Part shown: piece after piece, positions 16,098 through 23,723 of the stretch | Numbering within the stretch: the first letter of the stretch is position 1 | Layout: each line of letters opens with the position of its first letter | Virus record (IMG/VR): IMGVR_UViG_3300025890_000018 | Reading direction: 5' to 3' (one strand) | DNA length: 64,000 bases | From: a virus | Translations under genes and position numbers: made by a program | Notes under the pieces: generated by a model | What the model saw: the letters and a program-made list of their open reading frames with translations, nothing else | Databases searched by the model: none | What the model was told of the DNA's origin: nothing

Positions 16098-17039
16098 ATG
16101 AAAACGTTCGATGAAATAAGAGAAGGTTATGCATCTATGGCTCAACAACGAGCTGTATGGGCTACTCGTAAAGATGGCGGTAAAGGTCATCCGGATAATA
16201 AAAGAAAAAGAAAAAAAGAAGATGTGGATGAAGTCAAGTCTGCTGACAAGAAACCTGAAAAGTATGTTGCATCTGACGGTAAAACAAAAATCCGTATGGT
16301 TCCAGTTGTCAGAGAACAAGATGAAGTCAATGAATTAGACACCTCTACTTTAGTTTCTTATAGAAAAAAAGCTAATAAGCAAAGATATAGCAACGATATC
16401 TCAAAAAGAGGTAAAAGAACTGATGGTGTCGATAGAGCTGATAAAAAGTTAAGAAAACGGAATATTGATAAGTTTGGTAAACACTCTCCAAAGGGTGTTG
16501 ATAAAATGGGTAATCCTAAAGAAGATTCCTCTGATGCGGTAAAAGCATTCCTTGCCAAAGGTGGTAAGATTAAAAAGCTTCCACCAGCAAAAGCTCAAGG
16601 TTACCATGGTAAAGATGATCCGGGTAAAGACATGCATGGTGTAATGGACAAGCCTGATACCAAAGCTATGGGTACTCGTAAAAAAGTTAAGTCCATGGAA
16701 GCTAATCAGGTTGATGAAATCTCTCAAGATACTAAAAAGAGATACATTAAAAAAGCAGTTGGTGATATAGATAATCGCTCCTTTGCACAAGGATTAAGAG
16801 ATAAAAATCCAACCTATACAAGTGCTGATAGCAAAAACAATAGGAAGATTAAAAATCGTCGTGCAGGTATTAATAGAGCGTTAGAAGCTAAAGAAACAGA
16901 TCCTCCATTTGATGATGCTAAAAAAATATCGACTACACCTAGTAAAGATCAGTTCGGTAATATCATTAAGAACCGTGCAAAGCATCTTGCAAGGCAAGCC
17001 GCCAAGAAAGCTGGTGGCGATATGGGAGATAAGAAATGA
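16098..17039 (+). CDS. Basic Lys-rich protein with a CTS-like N-terminus
   Basis: The N-terminus is MKTFDEIREG. Lysine-rich throughout. Confidence 0.55.
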   Translation: MKTFDEIREGYASMAQQRAVWATRKDGGKGHPDNKRKRKKEDVDEVKSADKKPEKYVASDGKTKIRMVPVVREQDEVNELDTSTLVSYRKKANKQRYSNDISKRGKRTDGVDRADKKLRKRNIDKFGKHSPKGVDKMGNPKEDSSDAVKAFLAKGGKIKKLPPAKAQGYHGKDDPGKDMHGVMDKPDTKAMGTRKKVKSMEANQVDEISQDTKKRYIKKAVGDIDNRSFAQGLRDKNPTYTSADSKNNRKIKNRRAGINRALEAKETDPPFDDAKKISTTPSKDQFGNIIKNRAKHLARQAAKKAGGDMGDKK

Positions 17040-18064
17040 AATCGTTTAAATCTTTTTACGAAGATCTAACATTTAAAGTGGAGGTTGAAGGACTTCCGGC
17101 AATGTGGATGTCTGGTAATTCGCCAGGTCAAGTAAAGAACCATCTTCGTAAATTGGTTAAGCAACCATCAATGATTAAGTCTGTAAAACGGCAGACTAAA
17201 TTTGATGTAAAGAAAATGTACCGCGATAAAGCTCAGGGTAAAGAAGTTGACGAAATGACTCAACAGAGTAAAACACATCCTAATCTCAAGATTGCTGTAG
17301 GTAAATCTGCTCAATCTGCAAAAGACACAAAAGCTCGGGCAGATAAAAGAAAAGCAAATAAGCAGGGTACATCTTTAGCAGCTGGTACCGCATGTGAATC
17401 TACTGTTAAGGATAATCGTCCGGATCATGAAATAATGCAAGGATCACAAGGTGATGCAAGAAGAAAGCATGATGCTGTACATGGTCACGGTTCTTATCAT
17501 AAACTTCCTGCTCACCAAAGAGAGAAATTACATAGAAAAGAAATAGATCAACGTTTTTCTGATAGAGGGAGAAAACCTCCAAAGTATACTGTTAAACATA
17601 CCGGTAACAAGGTTGGTCATGTAGGAAGTTTCGAAATTCATCATACACCATTACAAAAAGTTCGTAATCATCTCAGGACACCTACGAGAACAGAAGCTAC
17701 ATCCGGTGAAGTTGATTATGGAACTGATAAGTCAGTTAAGATAATGAAGAAAGTTACACCTAACGAAGCACAAGAGGGTAAAGGTCTATGGGCAAACATT
17801 CATGCTAAGCGTAAACGTGGTGAGCGCATGCGTAAAAAAGGCGAGAAAGGTGCACCAACGCCAGCCGCTATTAAAAGTGCACAAAAAGAAGATGTAACAG
17901 AAAAACTTACAATTGGCAAGATTCGTAAAGCAGCATATAAAACTGCAAAGGTTCTTGGTGATGTTAATGCTGTTAAAAAAGGTAAAGTAGCTAGACGAGT
18001 AAAAAATCGAGTTGTCGGTAAGATGCTCGGTAAAGCAGTTAGCAAATTAGGATTGTTCAGGTAA
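17036..18064 (+). CDS. Basic Lys-rich protein with a CTS-like N-terminus
   Basis: The N-terminus is MKSFKSFYEDL. It contains 'GLWANIHAKRKRGERMRKKGEKG', also found in 13998..15221. ATGA overlap with the upstream gene. Confidence 0.55.
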   Translation: MKSFKSFYEDLTFKVEVEGLPAMWMSGNSPGQVKNHLRKLVKQPSMIKSVKRQTKFDVKKMYRDKAQGKEVDEMTQQSKTHPNLKIAVGKSAQSAKDTKARADKRKANKQGTSLAAGTACESTVKDNRPDHEIMQGSQGDARRKHDAVHGHGSYHKLPAHQREKLHRKEIDQRFSDRGRKPPKYTVKHTGNKVGHVGSFEIHHTPLQKVRNHLRTPTRTEATSGEVDYGTDKSVKIMKKVTPNEAQEGKGLWANIHAKRKRGERMRKKGEKGAPTPAAIKSAQKEDVTEKLTIGKIRKAAYKTAKVLGDVNAVKKGKVARRVKNRVVGKMLGKAVSKLGLFR

Positions 18065-18351
18065 TGGAAAGATTCAAAACATTTATAGAAGCTCGTGGCG
18101 AAGATTCAAAGGGTCATAAAAGATCTACTGCATCAGGCGCAGGTCTTACTCAAAAAGGTGTAGATGCTTATAATCGAAAAACTGGTGGTAATCTAAAAAC
18201 TGCGGTGACTGGTAAAGTTAAGCGCGGTAGTAAAGCTGCAGGTAGAAGGAAATCATTTTGTGCTCGCATGGGTGGCATGCCGGGACCAATGAAAGATGAG
18301 AAAGGTAGACCTACACGTAAGGCAATGTCTTTACGTCGATGGAAATGTTAG
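18064..18351 (+). CDS. Small basic conserved-motif protein with a CTS-like N-terminus
   Basis: The N-terminus is MERFKTFIEAR. 'RRKSFCARMGG...PTRKAMSLRRWKC' resembles a motif I recall from small marine-phage proteins. Confidence 0.55.
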   Translation: MERFKTFIEARGEDSKGHKRSTASGAGLTQKGVDAYNRKTGGNLKTAVTGKVKRGSKAAGRRKSFCARMGGMPGPMKDEKGRPTRKAMSLRRWKC

Positions 18352-18355
18352 ATAG

Positions 18356-18814
18356 ATGGCGACGAAATTAAATGACGGTACAGAAGTAGCACTGCCACTT
18401 CGTAATATTATAAGCATGATCGCAATTACATCAATTGCAACATGGGCATACTTTGGTATTGTAGAGAGATTGAATGGTTTAGAAACTACACAAACGATGA
18501 TGAAATCAGATCTTAATTTTAATACAGAGTTTCGTATTAAATGGCCAAGAGGTGAGATGGGTAGTTTACCTGCCGACTCAGAACAGTTTATGATGATTGA
18601 ACATTTGGCAGAAGAACTTGAAAAGTTAACAGTAGAGATTGAAAGCGGTGAAGCACCATTTGATCAGCAACAGAAATTGCAGATTAATTTTATGATGAAA
18701 CGTATTGAGAATCTTGAAGAAACACACGAAAAGATTCGTAACGACATTATGGATCTAATACATTCAAATAGTCAAATACCGGCACCAAGAGCAAACACGC
18801 ACGAAGGTCACTAA
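18356..18814 (+). CDS. Membrane-anchored coiled-coil protein
   Basis: Transmembrane helix 'IISMIAITSIATWAYFGIV' near the N-terminus, then heptad-like E/K/L-rich sequence. Confidence 0.5.
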   Translation: MATKLNDGTEVALPLRNIISMIAITSIATWAYFGIVERLNGLETTQTMMKSDLNFNTEFRIKWPRGEMGSLPADSEQFMMIEHLAEELEKLTVEIESGEAPFDQQQKLQINFMMKRIENLEETHEKIRNDIMDLIHSNSQIPAPRANTHEGH

Positions 18815-18815
18815 T

Positions 18816-18992
18816 ATGGAAACGATAGCAATAGTACTAATGTTGATGAAACCAGATCATTCTATGATGGAACTGGGCGATTTTAAGTCAATGGAAAAAT
18901 GCCACGTTGCTATGGAAATGGCCAAGACACAGTTTAAGAAGGGTCATTTATCTTGCCTTAAAAAGGGTGAGAAGATGAAGATGAAACACTAA
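18816..18992 (+). CDS. Small hypothetical protein (58 aa)
   Basis: Below the track cutoff. It fills the gap exactly, and its stop overlaps the next start (TAATG at 18990..18994). Confidence 0.4.
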   Translation: METIAIVLMLMKPDHSMMELGDFKSMEKCHVAMEMAKTQFKKGHLSCLKKGEKMKMKH

Positions 18993-19207
18993 TGACTTCG
19001 GTAGAGTTTGTTTTACTGCTGTTTATGAATGGCACAGAGCTTAAAGAATATACTGTTAGAGATGGTATGTCTGAGTGTCTGAAAGCAAAACGAATGGCTT
19101 CACGAGAACTAAGTAAATCAAATAAAGCTACAAGATATGCGTGTCAAAAAATGGAAGTTATACTTGACGACAGTGGTAAAATACTAGAAATTGTAGCAAA
19201 GCAATAG
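18992..19207 (+). CDS. Hypothetical protein
   Basis: A 71-aa ORF coupled to the upstream small ORF. Confidence 0.45.
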   Translation: MTSVEFVLLLFMNGTELKEYTVRDGMSECLKAKRMASRELSKSNKATRYACQKMEVILDDSGKILEIVAKQ

Positions 19208-19294
19208 ATGTCAAAAACCTGACAGAAAGGGATGTCAAATTATTATAGGTGTCATTTTTTTGACAACCAATAAATATCTATTTGGCAAAAGCGC

Positions 19295-19582
19295 ATGAAA
19301 GAAGATCATATGGAGTCCCACTCAAGGTTAGATAGGATCGAGTTAAAACTCGACAAGCTTACGGAAGCGATGGTTTTAATGGCACGGACTGACGAAAAAG
19401 TAACTGCATTAAAAGATGATCATGATAATATGTATGAACGTATTAATCGATTATCTATGAAATTAGATGATATTGAAAAGAAGGTTGACGATAATCACCG
19501 CACGGTGTGCCTTATAAATAAACTAGTATATGCTGCTCTAATCGCAGCGGTTGGAGCGTATGTGGCTCAATTTTTAACTTAG
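19295..19582 (+). CDS. Coiled-coil protein with a C-terminal transmembrane anchor
   Basis: 'LINKLVYAALIAAVGAYVAQFL' forms a C-terminal hydrophobic helix. The start could be ATG 19295 or 19310. Confidence 0.5.
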   Translation: MKEDHMESHSRLDRIELKLDKLTEAMVLMARTDEKVTALKDDHDNMYERINRLSMKLDDIEKKVDDNHRTVCLINKLVYAALIAAVGAYVAQFLT

Positions 19583-19592
19583 GAGAAGACAA

Positions 19593-20696
19593 ATGGATTA
19601 TAATCCTTTTAGGAGTGGGGCCACTCAAAAGGTCCAAGAAAAAGCAGATGATGATACAGTACGTATGATGAAAGACAACCCAAAGATGATGAAAAAAGGT
19701 GGACCTGGTGGCTTAAAAGGTCTGAATAAAGATGCACAAAAAAATGTTAAAAAGGCAATGAAGGATGATGTCAATGAATCAAAGTTTGTGATTCCAGAAG
19801 AAGTACCAGCTACAGAGCGTACGGCATTCCATGGTGCTGCAGCAGCTGCTCATAAAGCAGGTAAGTCTTCATTTAGTTTTGCTGGTAAGAAACATCCAGT
19901 AACTATGAAAAAAGATACAGCCAATGCAATTGCCGACCAAAAAGAAGGCTACTATAAAGATATGGAAATCAAAAAACAAGATAAAGCAATGGGTGCCAAG
20001 CCAGTTCCTTCAAAGAAAAAGAAAGAAGCAAAGGGCGGTGGTAAAGAAGGTGATGTAGAAATGAATCCAAAAATGGAAAAAGATTCTAAATCAACTCCGG
20101 TTGAAGCAAAAGAGTCAAAAATCCGAAGTGCACTAAGGTCAGTACTTTCAGAAAAGTCTAGAGATGATCATTACAAATCTTCAACTGATCCTGAAATGAT
20201 GAAGGATAAGATTAAAGGTAAAGGCGCCGAAGACATGATGAAAGGTGCTGATGACGAAATTGCAAAGGGACCTGATGCGCATCTTGACGAGCCAGCAATG
20301 GTTAATAAAGATGCAGCTAAGATGACTTCAAATGTACCAAAGGGCAAAGCCCGTAGTAATGATAACATGAAGGGTGATACTAAAATCAAACCCGGTGGTA
20401 CACCAATGAAAGATCCTGCTGCAATGAAGGCAGAATCATTTGGTTCTCAAGTATCAAATATGGCATCAGCTTATGCTTCAATGCAACCAATTGAAATTGA
20501 TGAGTTGGACGAGTCTATGTTAGGCCATAAAGGTGCAAGTGCTGTTAATGGTGGTAAATCAAAAGATCCTCGTTTCAAATCATCTGCTTCTCACATTGAC
20601 TATCATCATAGACGAAGTGATGGTCATATGAAATCAGGCGGTGATGAAGATCAGCACCGGTATCAAGTTGCTAAAAAACTTGGATATAAAGTATAG
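19593..20696 (+). CDS. Lys/Met/Asp-rich low-complexity protein
   Basis: A 367-aa ORF with AGGAGAAG upstream. It has repeated MMK/KKG-type low complexity and no CTS-like N-terminus. Confidence 0.55.
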   Translation: MDYNPFRSGATQKVQEKADDDTVRMMKDNPKMMKKGGPGGLKGLNKDAQKNVKKAMKDDVNESKFVIPEEVPATERTAFHGAAAAAHKAGKSSFSFAGKKHPVTMKKDTANAIADQKEGYYKDMEIKKQDKAMGAKPVPSKKKKEAKGGGKEGDVEMNPKMEKDSKSTPVEAKESKIRSALRSVLSEKSRDDHYKSSTDPEMMKDKIKGKGAEDMMKGADDEIAKGPDAHLDEPAMVNKDAAKMTSNVPKGKARSNDNMKGDTKIKPGGTPMKDPAAMKAESFGSQVSNMASAYASMQPIEIDELDESMLGHKGASAVNGGKSKDPRFKSSASHIDYHHRRSDGHMKSGGDEDQHRYQVAKKLGYKV

Positions 20697-20705
20697 GAGA
20701 GAAGA

Positions 20706-20963
20706 ATGGCTATCAAAGGACCTAAAGGTGCGCACCCAACTACACGTGGTTGGGAAAGCGCTAAAGGCGAATTATTAAAATCGCAAAAGATTAGTGAAGA
20801 TCAAATTGCAGAATGGAATAATGAAATGAATCCAAAGCCTCAAGTGTTACGTGAAGCACCAGTAACTGAAGAAGAAGTAATTGAAGAGCACATGGAAATT
20901 GAAGAAGAAGTAGAAGTAAAAGAAGAACCAAAGAAGAGTATGATGGGCAAGTTGTTTTCATAA
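20706..20963 (+). CDS. Hypothetical protein with an acidic C-terminus
   Basis: An 85-aa ORF with AGGAGAGAAG upstream. Confidence 0.5.
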   Translation: MAIKGPKGAHPTTRGWESAKGELLKSQKISEDQIAEWNNEMNPKPQVLREAPVTEEEVIEEHMEIEEEVEVKEEPKKSMMGKLFS

Positions 20964-20996
20964 TATATAGGAGGTAACTACTCTTATAGGATCATT

Positions 20997-21359
20997 ATGA
21001 TTAACCAATTAACCGAAGATACTTTGTTTTTCTATGCGGCTCAAAATTATTATAAGCCTCAGTTTTCTGATGTTGAAGAATTCTTTGAAGATTTGAAACG
21101 ATTTAAATATATCAAAAGATTAGTCAATCGATATATTGAAACCGGAAACTTTCCGCATAGATTATTATTGAATCATATAATTATTATATTCAATGTGTTT
21201 GGTATTGAAGCTGCAAATAACATATTGGATTTGCGATTAGATGATAGACACTGGCCGGTAATAAAACCTATATTGTTATATCTCAATTATATTACTGAAG
21301 AGGATAAAGAACATATTGAGTCCGATCCATACGTTGTAAAATTTTTAGGAACTATCTAA
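20997..21359 (+). CDS. Hypothetical protein
   Basis: A 120-aa ORF whose stop overlaps the next start (TAATG). Confidence 0.5.
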   Translation: MINQLTEDTLFFYAAQNYYKPQFSDVEEFFEDLKRFKYIKRLVNRYIETGNFPHRLLLNHIIIIFNVFGIEAANNILDLRLDDRHWPVIKPILLYLNYITEEDKEHIESDPYVVKFLGTI

Positions 21360-21946
21360 TGGGAATAGTAAAACGAGCGGCTGATTTAGCATACACATTT
21401 AGATTCATTCGAATGCTCGTATTGGATTGGAAGGAATGGGATGCTTACAAACTTGGCCTCATTGATGAAGAAGGCAAGCGAAACCGAAAAACAAAAATTC
21501 AATCAGACGAACAAAAGTCAGCCTACACACCGTTCATCAGACTCTGTGCAAACATTAAACGTTTGGTATCGAAGCTTCCGGGTGGCGGTAGTAAGCTTGG
21601 TTCTTTTGCTTCTGCTCTTTATCTTATAAAAGAAAAATACAATCTTAAAGATCGCGATCTCGAAAAAATCATAGAAAAATGTGGTGCAGACGTGCTTGAC
21701 ATTATCAATGAAGGGAATGAATGGTTCCTTCTTGATGACGGTTCAATCGCGCCCGGTGTATATAAAATTCGAGAAAATAAATTATTAACTCGCAACTGCG
21801 GTGAAATGGTATGGGCTAAAGATCAAGTACGAATAAGAGAAGAATGTCATTCTATTGGTGACGTATTTGGTATACCGATTTATGAGGCAATCCATATAAA
21901 TACTAATCAAAGCATTTATATAACCACAAACGAGATTTATAAATGA
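21359..21946 (+). CDS. Hypothetical protein
   Basis: A 195-aa ORF with ATGA overlap to the first fibre gene, so probably structural or late. Confidence 0.5.
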   Translation: MGIVKRAADLAYTFRFIRMLVLDWKEWDAYKLGLIDEEGKRNRKTKIQSDEQKSAYTPFIRLCANIKRLVSKLPGGGSKLGSFASALYLIKEKYNLKDRDLEKIIEKCGADVLDIINEGNEWFLLDDGSIAPGVYKIRENKLLTRNCGEMVWAKDQVRIREECHSIGDVFGIPIYEAIHINTNQSIYITTNEIYK

Positions 21947-23697
21947 GTAAACCAAGAGATGTTGCCAGAATACTAGGTAGAACCGAAGCAGCCAATCCAA
22001 ATAACTTAGTACTAAGTCTTGATGGTTCAACAGAACCGACAACACAATATGACTCTATTGGTCTTTTACCTGTTACCGGTTTAACAGCTGGAACCCAGGC
22101 TTTCGTAACTTCAACCAACAGACTTTATGTATCAAATGGATCTGGCTGGTATAACACTGCACTAATTAATGCCACTCCAGCGTTATCATTAAGTTCATCC
22201 GGTACTATTGCTTTGACACCTGGATCAGCTACGACTATTACAATGACAGCTACAGATTCAGATAATGCTGATGCTAATCTAGTGCTATCACTTGATTCTG
22301 GTGGAGATCTATTTAAATTTGCAACAGTATCTCAAGATTCAAGTGTGGTAACTATTACTCCGCGAACTGAAGATTCTGCTACCACATTAGGATCTGATGG
22401 ATCAGCTACATTAACATTTAAAGCAAGTGATGGTATTAACCAAGCCACAGTGCAGAATACATTTACATTATCGTTTGGTCCGGACTGGTCAGCTACTCCT
22501 ACTGAAACCAAATTTAATGCATCAGATATTGCAGCTAATAGTAATTTTGGCGAAATGGTTGAAATAAGTAGTGATGGAAATTATGCAATTGTAGGTTCAC
22601 CTCGCCAAGATACCGGTGGTACTGATACCGGTGCAGTATATATTTACGTCAGGTCTGGATCTAGTTGGTCTCAACAAGTTAAATTGCAGTCATCAGATAG
22701 AACAACTAACTATAGATTTGGTACTGATGTTTCACTAAGCGATGATGGTACTTATGCTATTATTGGTGCACATTATGGAAATTCTGGGCATGGTTCTGCT
22801 TATGTGTTTATTAGATCAGGTACTAGTTGGTCACAACAAGCTATATTAACTGCATCAGATTCCGTGAATGGCGCTAGATATGGCGAAAGTGTTTCAATAA
22901 GTTCTGATGGTACATACGTAATTGTTGGTGCACCATATGATACTCCAAGCAGTCTTTCTAATGCTGGATCATCTTATGTATATATTAGATCTGGCACCAG
23001 TTGGACACAACAAGCTAAACTCGTAACCTCTGATATTCAAAGCGGTGATACTGCTGGTTTTCATGTCACTATAAGCGGTGATGGTAATTATGCTATGATG
23101 GGGGCACGTAATGAGGATACTGGCGGATATAATGCTGGCGCGGCCTATGTGTTTATTAGATCAGGTACAAGTTGGTCACAACAAGCTAAATTAGTTTCAT
23201 CAGATTTACAAGCAAGTGATGCTTTTGGTTCTGGTGTTTCTTTGAGCTCTGATGGTACTTATGCTATTATTGGTGCCTATGCGTCATATAGTTCAGAAGA
23301 TCCGCCGATTGATGAAGGTTCTGCTTATATCTTTATTAGATCGGGTACTAGTTGGTCGCAACAAGCTATATTAGCTGCATCAGATGGGCAAGCTGGAGAT
23401 GATTTTGGATGGAATGTCGACATATCTAATGATGGATCTCATGCTATAGTTGGTGCACCTGAAGAAGATGCTGGTGGTACTAATGCTGGTGCTGCATATG
23501 TTTTCAAAAGATCTGGTACAAGTTGGTCACAAGTCAAAAAATTGCAGTCATCAGATTTACAAGCGTTTGATAGATATGGTAGAGACGTGGCTTTAAGTAA
23601 TGATGGTACATTTGGTATTGTAGGAGCCTATCAAGAACGAGGTGGTTCTGGTGACTCATATAGCGGTGGTGGTGCGGTATATATTTATGAAGCATAA
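21943..23697 (+). CDS. Fibre/receptor-binding-like structural protein: shared N-terminal module plus FG-GAP-type beta-propeller
   Basis: The N-terminus is MSKPRDVARILGRTEAANPNN. There are about 7 repeats of 'FG-x-x-V-x-x-S-x-DG-x-Y-x-x-x-GA...G-x-AYVFxRSGxxWxQQ', the FG-GAP pattern. It occupies the gp12/wac position upstream of gp13. Confidence 0.65.
   Translation: MSKPRDVARILGRTEAANPNNLVLSLDGSTEPTTQYDSIGLLPVTGLTAGTQAFVTSTNRLYVSNGSGWYNTALINATPALSLSSSGTIALTPGSATTITMTATDSDNADANLVLSLDSGGDLFKFATVSQDSSVVTITPRTEDSATTLGSDGSATLTFKASDGINQATVQNTFTLSFGPDWSATPTETKFNASDIAANSNFGEMVEISSDGNYAIVGSPRQDTGGTDTGAVYIYVRSGSSWSQQVKLQSSDRTTNYRFGTDVSLSDDGTYAIIGAHYGNSGHGSAYVFIRSGTSWSQQAILTASDSVNGARYGESVSISSDGTYVIVGAPYDTPSSLSNAGSSYVYIRSGTSWTQQAKLVTSDIQSGDTAGFHVTISGDGNYAMMGARNEDTGGYNAGAAYVFIRSGTSWSQQAKLVSSDLQASDAFGSGVSLSSDGTYAIIGAYASYSSEDPPIDEGSAYIFIRSGTSWSQQAILAASDGQAGDDFGWNVDISNDGSHAIVGAPEEDAGGTNAGAAYVFKRSGTSWSQVKKLQSSDLQAFDRYGRDVALSNDGTFGIVGAYQERGGSGDSYSGGGAVYIYEA
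22168..22511 (+). repeat. Paralogous DNA block shared with 41067..41410 (fibre N-terminal module)
   Basis: By-eye alignment of two 344-nt segments shows most positions identical, including long identical runs such as GGATCAGCTAC-ACTATTACAATGACAGCTACAGATTCAGATAA. Percent identity was not computed. Confidence 0.8.
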
Positions 23698-23723
23698 TAA
23701 AGATAAAACAAAGAGGATAAAAA

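Noticed and set aside
14225-17000. Many alternative-frame ORFs on both strands across the Lys-rich genes (e.g. 14773..15111, 15598..15807, 16129..16338, 16449..16790).
   Set aside because: They are artefacts of AAA/AAG/GAA-rich coding sequence, which lacks stops in other frames. The main frames have RBSs, coupled starts and the shared N-terminal motif.
19593-20696. Including the Lys/Met-rich 367-aa protein in the CTS cluster.
   Set aside because: Its N-terminus (MDYNPFRSGATQ) lacks the M-x-x-F-x-x-hydrophobic-x-E pattern, and it is separated from the cluster by membrane-protein genes. Basic composition alone is not enough to include it.
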